Source: Escherichia coli (GTDB lineage: Bacteria > Pseudomonadota > Gammaproteobacteria > Enterobacterales > Enterobacteriaceae). From it: a DNA stretch of 64,000 bases. Positions 17,650 to 25,948 of this stretch are shown piece by piece (the first letter of the stretch is position 1; each line of letters opens with the position of its first letter). A model generated the notes under the pieces. The model was not told the DNA's origin. It ran no database searches and saw only the letters and a program-made list of their open reading frames with translations. The translations under genes were made by a program, and so were the position numbers. Where the stretch lies: NCBI RefSeq assembly GCF_965641715.1, contig NZ_OZ282453.1. One strand, written 5' to 3'.

Positions 17650-17717
17650 AGCCCCAGTTAACATTACGCGTCCTGCAAGACGCTTAACATTAATCTGAGG
17701 CCAATTTCATGCTAGAC
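17650..17717 (-). ncRNA. sok: Sok-like antisense RNA (approximate limits)
   Basis: Minus-strand promoter TTGCCT (17747-17752)-N17-TAACCT (17724-17729), antisense to the mok start region. The 3' end was not determined. Confidence 0.35.
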
Positions 17718-17921
17718 ACATGTAGGTTAGCCTCTTACGTGCCGAAAGGCAAGGAGAAGCAGGCTATGAAGCAGCAAAAGGCGATGTTAATCGCCCTGAT
17801 CGTCATCTGTTTAACCGTCATAGTGACGGCACTGGTAACGAGGAAAGACCTCTGCGAGGTACGAATCCGAACCGGGCAGACGGAGGTCGCTGTCTTCACA
17901 GCTTACGAACCTGAGGAGTAA
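17709..17921 (+). CDS. mok: Mok (modulator of killing) reading frame overlapping hok
   Basis: 70-aa ORF that starts upstream of hok and reads through it in the same frame. This is standard hok/mok architecture. Confidence 0.6.
   Translation: MLDTCRLASYVPKGKEKQAMKQQKAMLIALIVICLTVIVTALVTRKDLCEVRIRTGQTEVAVFTAYEPEE
17766..17921 (+). CDS. hokD: Hok/Gef-family type I membrane toxin
   Basis: MKQQKAMLIALIVICLTVIVTALVTRKDLCEVRIRTGQTEVAVFTAYEPEE (51 aa). Confidence 0.9.
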   Translation: MKQQKAMLIALIVICLTVIVTALVTRKDLCEVRIRTGQTEVAVFTAYEPEE

Positions 17922-17989
17922 GAGACCCGGCGAGGGAGAAATCCCTCGCCACCTCTGATGTGGCAGGCATCCTCAACGCACCCGCACTT

Positions 17990-18012
17990 AACCCGCTTCG
18001 GCGGGTTTTTGT
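17990..18012 (+). terminator. rho-independent terminator of hok mRNA
   Basis: ACCCGC-ttcg-GCGGGT followed by a T-run. Confidence 0.75.
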
Positions 18013-18137
18013 TTTTATTTTCAACGCGTTTGAAGTTCTGGACGGTGCCGGAATAGAATCAAAAATACTTAAGTAGCGCGCAGGGATAAGAGGGATGGTC
18101 CCTTAAAGGGGAGAGCTAATTATCCGGAAGGATTCTG

Positions 18138-18389
18138 ATGATGAACATCGAAGAACTGCGTAAAATTTTTTGTGAAGATGGCCTCTATGCGGTGTGCGTT
18201 GAAAATGGAAATCTTGTTAGTCATTACCGCATTATGTGTTTGCGAAAGAATGGGGCTGCGTTAATTAATTTTGTGGATGGTCGAGTGACAGACGGATTTA
18301 TCTTGCGCGAAGGTGAGTTTGTCACTTCATTACAGGCACTGAAAGAGATCGGAATAAAAGCAGGCTTTTCAGCTTTTGCAGAAGAATAA
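18138..18389 (+). CDS. rem: 83-aa protein at the rem position
   Basis: SD GGAAGGA. Same length (83 aa) and synteny (hok - rem - ydfU) as K-12 Rem. Sequence identity not verified. Confidence 0.5.
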   Translation: MMNIEELRKIFCEDGLYAVCVENGNLVSHYRIMCLRKNGAALINFVDGRVTDGFILREGEFVTSLQALKEIGIKAGFSAFAEE

Positions 18390-18455
18390 ACTCATCTACA
18401 ATCTTGCGCGGGGCTGAACTCCCGCTGAGTAACACCGTGCCACCGGAGAAAACCG

Positions 18456-18734
18456 ATGGCACGCAACGTAAAATATTACAATTCTGATAATTCGCCCGTT
18501 CTTGCCTGCACGCACGAGCGGTATTCTCACGCATTCAAGTCTGAATGGTTCCAACACCCTCCATGCACTGAAGAGCAGGCTGAATGGATAATTCAGTGTT
18601 ACTGCAGGCGCGGATACGAGGTTAAGAAAGCCCTTAGTCTCGACTACCGTCACTGGATAATCTCAGTCAGATTGCCTTACTCCGAACGCCCACCACGTGC
18701 GTCCCGCACTTTCCAGCAACGGATCTGGAGGTAA
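18456..18734 (+). CDS. hypothetical 92-aa Cys/His-containing protein
   Basis: SD GGAG 8 nt upstream. The stop abuts the ydfU start (coupled). Confidence 0.5.
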   Translation: MARNVKYYNSDNSPVLACTHERYSHAFKSEWFQHPPCTEEQAEWIIQCYCRRGYEVKKALSLDYRHWIISVRLPYSERPPRASRTFQQRIWR

Positions 18735-18735
18735 C

Positions 18736-19785
18736 GTGCGGGTATTACTTAGACCTGTTCTGGTGCCTGAGCTTGGGCTGGTGGTCCTTAAGCCGGGCCG
18801 TGAATCCATACAGATATTTCATAATCCTCGAGTGCTGGTGGAACCGGAACCAAAAAGCATGCGTAATCTGCCATCCGGAGTCGTTCCTGCCGTTGGCCAG
18901 CCGCTGGCGGAAGACAAAACATTGCTGCCGTTTTTTAGTAACGAACGGGTGATTCGTGCTGCTGGCGGCGTTGGCGCATTGTCTGACTGGCTATTACGTC
19001 ATGTTACATCCTGCCAGTGGCCTAATGGAGATTACCATCACACTGAAACAGTCATTCACCGTTATGGTACCGGCGCAATGGTGTTGTGTTGGCACTGCGA
19101 CAACCAACTGCGTGACCAGACATCGGAATCACTGGAGCTGCTTGCTCAACAAAATCTGACAGCATGGGTGATTGACGTCATCCGTCACGCAATAAGCGGT
19201 ACGCAGGAGCGGGAATTATCTTTGGCTGAATTATCCTGGTGGGCGGTCTGCAATCAGGTGGTGGATGCACTACCTGAGGCTGTATCGCGTCGTTCGCTGG
19301 GATTACCAGCGGAAAAAATCTGCTCGGTGTACCGCGAAAGCGACATCGTACCGGGAGAGCAGACCGCCACCAGCATACTGAAACAGCGCACAAAAAATCT
19401 TGCGCCGCTGCCTCACGCCCACCAGCAACAGAACCCACCACAGGAAAAGACGGTGGTCAGCATTGCCGTTGATCCTGAGTCTCCGGAATCTTTCATGAAA
19501 CGACCTAAACGTCGCCGCTGGGTTAACGAGAAATACAAACGCTGGGTGAAGACACAGCCGTGTGCGTGTTGTGGTAAGCCAGCCGACGATCCCCATCACC
19601 TGATTGGTCATGGTCAGGGCGGAATGGGGACAAAATCTCACGATATTTTCACGCTACCGCTGTGTCGGGAGCATCACAACGAGCTTCATGCGGATCCTCT
19701 GGCGTTCGAAGAAAAGCATGGTTCTCAGGTTGATTTAATTTTTCGTTTTCTTGATCACGCCTTTGCAACTGGCGTGCTTGGGTAA
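18736..19785 (+). CDS. ydfU: DUF968 protein with C-terminal HNH-like zinc motif
   Basis: GGAGG then GTG 18736 gives 349 aa. C-terminus: CACCGKPADDPHHLIGHGQGGMGTKSHDIFTLPLCREHHNELH. Confidence 0.8.
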   Translation: MRVLLRPVLVPELGLVVLKPGRESIQIFHNPRVLVEPEPKSMRNLPSGVVPAVGQPLAEDKTLLPFFSNERVIRAAGGVGALSDWLLRHVTSCQWPNGDYHHTETVIHRYGTGAMVLCWHCDNQLRDQTSESLELLAQQNLTAWVIDVIRHAISGTQERELSLAELSWWAVCNQVVDALPEAVSRRSLGLPAEKICSVYRESDIVPGEQTATSILKQRTKNLAPLPHAHQQQNPPQEKTVVSIAVDPESPESFMKRPKRRRWVNEKYKRWVKTQPCACCGKPADDPHHLIGHGQGGMGTKSHDIFTLPLCREHHNELHADPLAFEEKHGSQVDLIFRFLDHAFATGVLG

Positions 19786-19797
19786 AAGAGGTGACTG

Positions 19798-20154
19798 ATG
19801 CTCATAGATTTGGTTTTACCTTACCCGCCGACGGTGAACACTTACTGGCGACGCCGTGGCAGCACATATTTTATCTCGGAGGAGGGAAAGCGTTATCGCC
19901 GGGCTGTGGCGCTTATTGTTCGCCAGCAGCGGCTGAAATTAAGCCTGTCCGGAAGGCTGGCGATAAAGGTGATTGCAGAGCCACCGGATAAGCGTCGTCG
20001 CGACCTGGACAATATCCTGAAAGCACCGCTGGATGCGCTGACGCATGCGGGAGTGTTAATGGACGATGAGCAGTTTGATGAAATCAATATCGTTCGTGGT
20101 CAGCCAGTATCTGGCGGACGTCTGGGGGTGAAGATTTACCCCATAATGCATTAA
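19798..20154 (+). CDS. rusA: RusA-family Holliday-junction resolvase
   Basis: 118 aa. ...PPDKRRRDLDNILKAPLDALTHAGVLMDDEQ... matches the RusA catalytic Asp cluster. Confidence 0.88.
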   Translation: MLIDLVLPYPPTVNTYWRRRGSTYFISEEGKRYRRAVALIVRQQRLKLSLSGRLAIKVIAEPPDKRRRDLDNILKAPLDALTHAGVLMDDEQFDEINIVRGQPVSGGRLGVKIYPIMH

Positions 20155-20168
20155 GAGCAGGTCAAAAA

Positions 20169-20990
20169 ATGAAACTGGAAGATTTACCGAAATACTACTC
20201 CCCAAAATCCCCTGGCCTGACCGATGCATCGGCCTCAACGTCAAAAGATGCGCTGAGTATCACTGATGTGATGGCCGCGCAGGGCATGACACAGAATCGG
20301 GCTGAGATGGGTTTTTCTGCGTTCCTGGGGAAAATGGGCATCAGTATGAATGACAGGGCGCGGGCAACAGAATTACTGGCAGATTATGCACTCCGTCGGT
20401 GCGATCGTGTGGCGGCGTTGAGAAAACTTCCGGCAGAAATAAAACCGGTAGTGATGCGCATTATGGCTTCGTACGCTTTTGAGGATTATGCCCGCAGCGC
20501 AGCGAGTAAAAAGCAGTGCCCTTGTTGCTATGGGGAAAAATTTATTGAAAGCATAGTTTTTACAAACAAGGTCCAGTATCCGGATGGTAAGCCGCCGGTA
20601 TGGGCAAAGTGTACGAAAGGTGTGTATCCGTCTTACTGGGAAGAATGGAAAAAAGTCAGGGAGGTGGTAAAAGTTGCCTGTCCGGAGTGTGGCGGAAAGG
20701 GTGAGGTTTCCACCGCCTGTAAGGATTGCCGTGGGCGTGGTGTCGCCATTCATCGTGAAGAGTCGGTAAAACGTGGTATGCCTGTTATCAGAGATTGCCA
20801 GCGTTGTGGTGGTCGTGGCTATGAAAGACTACCATCAACGGAGGCATTTAATGCTATATGCGAGGTGACAAACCAGATAACACGCGCGTCATGGGAAAAA
20901 ACAGTTAAGAAATTCTATGATGCGCTGGTGACCCGGTTTGATATTGAAGAAGCATGGGCTGAGCGGCAGTTAAAAAAGGTAACTAGGTAA
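20169..20990 (+). CDS. quuQ: late-gene antiterminator Q (zinc-finger type)
   Basis: 273 aa with CPECGGKGE..CKDCRGRG..CQRCGGRG motifs. Followed by a PR'-like promoter and terminator. Confidence 0.8.
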   Translation: MKLEDLPKYYSPKSPGLTDASASTSKDALSITDVMAAQGMTQNRAEMGFSAFLGKMGISMNDRARATELLADYALRRCDRVAALRKLPAEIKPVVMRIMASYAFEDYARSAASKKQCPCCYGEKFIESIVFTNKVQYPDGKPPVWAKCTKGVYPSYWEEWKKVREVVKVACPECGGKGEVSTACKDCRGRGVAIHREESVKRGMPVIRDCQRCGGRGYERLPSTEAFNAICEVTNQITRASWEKTVKKFYDALVTRFDIEEAWAERQLKKVTR

Positions 20991-20995
20991 CAAGG

Positions 20996-21023
20996 TTGAT
21001 TTTTCCGGAATCTGTGGTAAATT
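20996..21023 (+). promoter_or_regulatory. PR'-like late promoter TTGATT-N16-TAAATT
   Basis: Resembles lambda PR' (TTGACT-N17-TAAATT) and lies immediately after Q. Confidence 0.6.
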
Positions 21024-21070
21024 CGTCATAATGATGGGCTTTTTATGCCTGACGTTAGAAGAGTTTCTAC

Positions 21071-21096
21071 AACCCGCCGCCGAGCGGGTTTTTTAT
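21071..21096 (+). terminator. tR'-like terminator
   Basis: AACCCGC-cgccga-GCGGGTT followed by TTTTTATT. Confidence 0.7.
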
Positions 21097-21133
21097 TGCG
21101 GAATTAATTACGGACCGTTATTATTCTGCTCCC

Positions 21134-21209
21134 GGCCCTTTAGCTCAGTGGTGAGAGCGAGCGACTCATAATCGCCAGGTCGCTGGTTCAAATCCAGCAA
21201 GGGCCACCA
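21134..21209 (+). tRNA. ileZ: tRNA-Ile2 (anticodon CAU, ileX/ileZ-like)
   Basis: Manual cloverleaf with acceptor GGCCCTT/AAGGGCC, anticodon loop CTCATAA, T-loop TTCAAAT and a 3' CCA. Close to E. coli ileX. Confidence 0.85.
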
Positions 21210-21216
21210 TCACAAA

Positions 21217-21296
21217 CCGCCATTAGCTTATCAGGAAGAGCAGACGACACGATAACAGGGTTGTTGGTGCGGGGGCGGGTCCCCGATGGCGGTCCA
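21217..21296 (+). tRNA. degenerate tRNA-like element (possible pseudo-tRNA, argN position)
   Basis: The acceptor (CCGCCAT/ATGGCGG, then T-CCA), D stem (GCTT/GAGC) and a 5-bp T-like stem all pair. The anticodon arm is aberrant (11-nt loop) and the T-loop lacks TTC. Confidence 0.3.
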
Positions 21297-21309
21297 TTAT
21301 CGGTATTCA

Positions 21310-21386
21310 GCGTTGTTAGCTCAGCCGGACAGAGCAATTGCCTTCTAAGCAATCGGTCACTGGTTCGAATCCAGTACAGCGCGCCA
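21310..21386 (+). tRNA. argO: tRNA-Arg (anticodon UCU)
   Basis: Acceptor GCGTTGT/ACAGCGC, anticodon stem ATTGC/GCAAT with loop CTTCTAA, T-loop TTCGAAT, CCA end. Confidence 0.85.
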
Positions 21387-21523
21387 TATTCATTCTTCCA
21401 GATTCCTTCCGGCAGAGCCTTATACTGGAATATACCTGGCTCAGGATATTGTTGAAAACATAATATGTTTGTCAAAAATAAAAGTTCTGTTAAGTATTGA
21501 TTGAGTGTTTGTTATACGGTCTA

Positions 21524-21850
21524 ATGGTTTTTTCAGCATTAAATATTTATCATTCATATGGTGTGGGTAGAGTGAATATTGATGAGGCGTCGGGGTGTTT
21601 CATCCTTAGGCAGCGTATTGATATAGTCAATGCAGCACGAGCAAAGGCCTTCAGCCGTTTGACAGTTTTGTTCTGTGCTCCTGATCGTCTTTCGGGAAGA
21701 GACGTTATTATTCTGAATAGTGATGCTATACAGAGGGTTTGCGATGAGTTCATGGTTGCTAATTCAGAATTATTTGCTCTTGTTCAGGAGTACAACAGAA
21801 TAGCTAGGACCTGTGGTATGGATGAACTTCGGATTACTCATCTGGGGTAG
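21524..21850 (+). CDS. hypothetical 108-aa protein (117 aa from TTG 21497)
   Basis: ORF-track entry 21497..21850. No SD and no recognisable motif. Confidence 0.35.
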   Translation: MVFSALNIYHSYGVGRVNIDEASGCFILRQRIDIVNAARAKAFSRLTVLFCAPDRLSGRDVIILNSDAIQRVCDEFMVANSELFALVQEYNRIARTCGMDELRITHLG

Positions 21851-22324
21851 ATACATATCTGGATTATCACCTGTTACGGTAAAAAGTGATTGCTTACTGT
21901 TTTTGTGAATGGCATTGCAGCAGCCGGATAATGTCAGTGCTGGCTGACGGTGTGCTGGTGGCGGGTGTGGTGGTTGTTGCTTTCCCGTTGCTGAAAAAGA
22001 AAACGCCAGACTGTTAGCCGGGTATCAGTTAGCGGGAGAAATTTTTAAATACTTCACAATTCAGGCGGTTGACTGTTCTCTGGTTTGCGGGGAGTTTGTT
22101 AAAAGAAACTGGCATGGTGAATCCCCCTGTGCGGAGGGGCAATCAGCGAGTAGGTATATGGGATAATCGCGGATTCAGGTGCTGGTACTGAATTCACCGG
22201 GAGGCACCCGGCACCATGCACTTCAATAGATTCTCTCCACATTATGGATATTCTTTCAGAATATCCCACGCAGACTTTGTGTAAATGTTAACAAATGTGC
22301 GTTTTATTTGATCTGATTCGCTGT

Positions 22325-22354
22325 TTGAGCATCCAAAACAACGGTATATATAAT
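22325..22354 (+). promoter_or_regulatory. predicted sigma70 promoter TTGAGC-N18-TATAAT for the TolA-like lipoprotein genes
   Basis: Perfect -10 hexamer 30 nt upstream of the ATG at 22384. Confidence 0.45.
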
Positions 22355-22383
22355 CCTTTACTATATGACATATGTGAGGAAAA

Positions 22384-22812
22384 ATGGGTTTTCGTAGCGC
22401 ATCAATTCTTACGTTGATTATTAGTGGGATTATTATCGGGTGCACTGATGCTGTATCGACAAATTATCATGACCGTACATCATATTACTCCGATAAAGCA
22501 ATAGAGACACAGTATGTGAGTTCATCTGAACGTACTTCTGATGTTAGTGAGGATATCCGTCTGTATGCCCATCAAATCAAGAGCGCCATCGAAAAACAGT
22601 TCGGGGATGCGAGTAAGTATTCAGGAAAAGAGTGTACACTGAGAATGCATATGGCCCCGAATGGCCTTCTACTGGAGGTTAAAAGAGAAAGTGGAGACCT
22701 CGATTTATGTCGTGAAGCGATGAATGCGATAAAGAATGCTGATATACCTGCCCCCCCTTCGCCGGAAGTATATAAAGTATTTCAAAATGGGGTGCTGGAT
22801 TTTAAACCCTGA
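22384..22812 (+). CDS. lipoprotein with TolA C-terminal (domain III)-like domain, copy 1
   Basis: Lipobox IIGC. C-terminus YAHQIKSAIEKQFGDASKYSGKECTLRMHMAPNGLLLEVKRESGDLDLCREAMNAIKNADIPAPPSPEVYKVFQNGVLDFKP, compared with TolA YAGQIKSAIESKFYDASSYAGKTCTLRIKLAPDGMLLDIKPEGGDPALCQAALAAAKLAKIPKPPSQAVYEVFKNAPLDFKP (from memory). Confidence 0.85.
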   Translation: MGFRSASILTLIISGIIIGCTDAVSTNYHDRTSYYSDKAIETQYVSSSERTSDVSEDIRLYAHQIKSAIEKQFGDASKYSGKECTLRMHMAPNGLLLEVKRESGDLDLCREAMNAIKNADIPAPPSPEVYKVFQNGVLDFKP

Positions 22813-22962
22813 TATTTATTGTTTTGTAATAAACGGTTTCGGCTTAGGTTTGTTCTGACACAACTACGGCACTGAGCTAAATTTAGCGGATAGTCAGCTC
22901 TGAGCCAGTGGCGGACGTAACAACTACTATTGCTGAGATTTTAATGGATTGAGGAGCAAGAA

Positions 22963-23358
22963 GTGGGATTAAAGAAAATCGTTATGTTGACTTTTTGGGT
23001 CGGTTTTGTTGCGGGATGCACACCTTTACACCCTTCAGATTGCCACAAAACTACTGCTACAGGTAGTTGCAGTTCAGGACGCTGGGATGATCAGGATGAA
23101 TGGGGGGCGCAAGCGCGGGGAATCAGAGCTGCAATTAATGCCAAACTTGATGAGCCGCATAACTGGAAAGGGAAAAAATGCAGGTTGCATATGGAATTCT
23201 CTCAGGATGGCACGGCGTTAAAAATATCTACCAGTAACGGTGATAAAGCCTATTGCGAAGCGATAAAGTCCGCAGCTCATAAAGCCAAATTTCCGGCCTT
23301 CAACAATCCGGAAGTCTACAGAGATTTTCAGAAATCTGGCTTTGACATGCGAGGTTAG
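22963..23358 (+). CDS. lipoprotein with divergent TolA domain III-like domain, copy 2
   Basis: SD GAGGAG then GTG. Lipobox VAGC. ...IRAAINAKLDEPHNWKGKKCRLHMEFSQDGTALKISTSNGDKAYCEAIKSAAHKAKFPAFNNPEVYRDFQKSGFDM keeps the two Cys residues and the EVY..F block. Confidence 0.75.
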   Translation: MGLKKIVMLTFWVGFVAGCTPLHPSDCHKTTATGSCSSGRWDDQDEWGAQARGIRAAINAKLDEPHNWKGKKCRLHMEFSQDGTALKISTSNGDKAYCEAIKSAAHKAKFPAFNNPEVYRDFQKSGFDMRG

Positions 23359-23483
23359 CTCTTCAATTACTATATCTCATTCATAGCAAACTGACAGATT
23401 TGATGATGTTCTATATACGAAACCTGTGATGTCAAGTCTGAGCTAATACAAATAAACATAATATCAGAGAAATACATTTTATT

Positions 23484-23506
23484 AGCTCGCTACGGCGAGC
23501 TTTTTA
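23484..23506 (+). terminator. rho-independent terminator after the TolA-like gene pair
   Basis: AGCTCGC-tacg-GCGAGCT followed by TTTTT. Confidence 0.7.
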
Positions 23507-23609
23507 TATTGCATCGTCTCCAGCATATATATCAATTAAGGCTCTGATTGATGTGTCTGGAGGCCTACACATAATAACTATGCCATCCGTTCCGTGCGGA
23601 GGTGAGGCT

Positions 23610-23825
23610 ATGAAATCCATGGACAAAATTTCAACAGGTATTGCCTACGGCACCTCCGCAGGCAGTGTTGGCTACTGGTTTTTACAGCTGCTCGATAAAG
23701 TCACGCCCTCACAGTGGGCAGCAATAGGTGTGCTGGGTAGCCTGGTATTTGGCCTGCTGACGTACCTGACAAATCTTTATTTCAAGATTAAAGAAGACAG
23801 GCGTAAGGCTGCGAGAGGAGAGTAA
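23610..23825 (+). CDS. essQ: phage-21-type pinholin (dual-start MKSM motif)
   Basis: [71 protein letters not shown] (71 aa), approximately S21. Confidence 0.9.
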   Translation: MKSMDKISTGIAYGTSAGSVGYWFLQLLDKVTPSQWAAIGVLGSLVFGLLTYLTNLYFKIKEDRRKAARGE

Positions 23826-23829
23826 TCCA

Positions 23830-24137
23830 ATGACTCAAGACTATGAACTGGTTGTGAAAGGAGTCCGTAATTTTGAGAATAAAGTTACGGTAACTGTAGC
23901 CTTACAGGACAAAGAACGCTTTGACGGTGAAATTTTTGGCCTGGATGTCGCCATGGACCGTGTTGAAGGAGCTGCGCTGGAGTTTTATGAGGCAGCAGCC
24001 AGAATGAGCGTCCGGCAAGTCTTCCTGGAAGTAGCAGAAAAATTGTCAGAAAAAGTTGAGTCTTATCTGCAGCATCAGTACTCCTTTAAGATTGAAAATC
24101 CTGCCAATAAGCACGAGCGTCCTCATCATAAATATCT

Positions 24138-24141
<4 letters not shown>
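23830..24141 (+). CDS. ydfR: DUF1327 protein between holin and endolysin
   Basis: 103 aa, with the same size and position as K-12 YdfR. Confidence 0.7.
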
Positions 24142-25165
<1,024 letters not shown>

Positions 25166-25528
25166 ATTAATATTAAATCGGATTATTTTTAGCGCTGAAT
25201 GTGAAATTTAAATAAAAAGGACTCTTCCATGAGTCAAAATCCTTGAAATCTTAAGGGTAAGATAAAAGGTCATTAGACAGAATGACACGTTTTATTAATA
25301 AATAAAGCTATTGTTTCATTCGTGTGTTTTTCTTTACAAAAGTAATCCTTGCTATGGTTGGTTAATCATGCGTTAATGGTGTTCTGGTTTGTTACAAAAT
25401 TATCTGAAGCAGTCATTGTTATAATTTTATTATTTGTACCTCTTGAGATTTCCTTGTTGGTTTTTCTCTCTGATATTTTTTTTCGGACCATTCTGCCCAA
25501 GGGCTAACTTCTTCAAAAGGTAATAATG

Positions 25529-25741
25529 ATGTCTAACAAAATGACTGGTTTAGTGAAATGGTTTAACCCTGAAAAAGGTTTTGGTTTCATCACGCCGAAA
25601 GATGGTAGCAAAGATGTGTTTGTGCATTTCTCAGCTATTCAGAGCAACGATTTCAAAACGTTAACTGAGAATCAGGAAGTCGAATTTGGTATTGAGAACG
25701 GACCTAAAGGCCCTGCAGCTGTTCATGTAGTGGCACTTTGA
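25529..25741 (+). CDS. cspI: cold-shock protein CspI
   Basis: [70 protein letters not shown]. Confidence 0.92.
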   Translation: MSNKMTGLVKWFNPEKGFGFITPKDGSKDVFVHFSAIQSNDFKTLTENQEVEFGIENGPKGPAAVHVVAL

Positions 25742-25775
25742 GGTAGAAAATATTACAAACCATATTCACTTTAGA

Positions 25776-25940
25776 TGCCCGTGTTGCCATGGTTCTCAGT
25801 ATAGAACATCATCTTTTGATGTTTCTGACAGAAATCCTTTCGGGGCAAAATGTATCTTTTGTAAATCAATGATGATTACATTTGATAATATTTCACAATA
25901 CTTAAATGTTAGCCATCTGTCGTTAGATTTAAGAAAGTGA
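25776..25940 (+). other. zinc-ribbon-like small reading frame lacking a canonical start (possible ynfQ/ymcF-family small protein or its remnant)
   Basis: CPCCHGSQYRTSSFDVSDRNPFGAKCIFCKSMMITFDNISQYLNVSHLSLDLRK. The frame is open from 25731 but has no ATG, GTG or TTG upstream. A terminator follows. Confidence 0.3.
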
Positions 25941-25948
25941 AAATGAAG

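Noticed and set aside
15239-17700. Retron, DGR or Abi-RT type system, suggested by hairpins flanking the orphan gene
   Set aside because: No reverse-transcriptase-like ORF (no YxDD motif) exists anywhere in the islet or the window. The inverted repeats are better explained as a terminator and an operator.
22750-22756. C7 homopolymer inside the first TolA-like gene as a phase-variation tract
   Set aside because: It is short (7 nt) and encodes the conserved PAPPSP segment that also occurs in TolA (PKPPS). There is no evidence of slippage from a single sequence.
21387-23609. Shiga-toxin or other AB5 toxin genes at the Q-tRNA-holin interval
   Set aside because: No ORF resembles StxA or StxB. 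The interval instead holds the orphan ORF and the two TolA-III-like lipoproteins.
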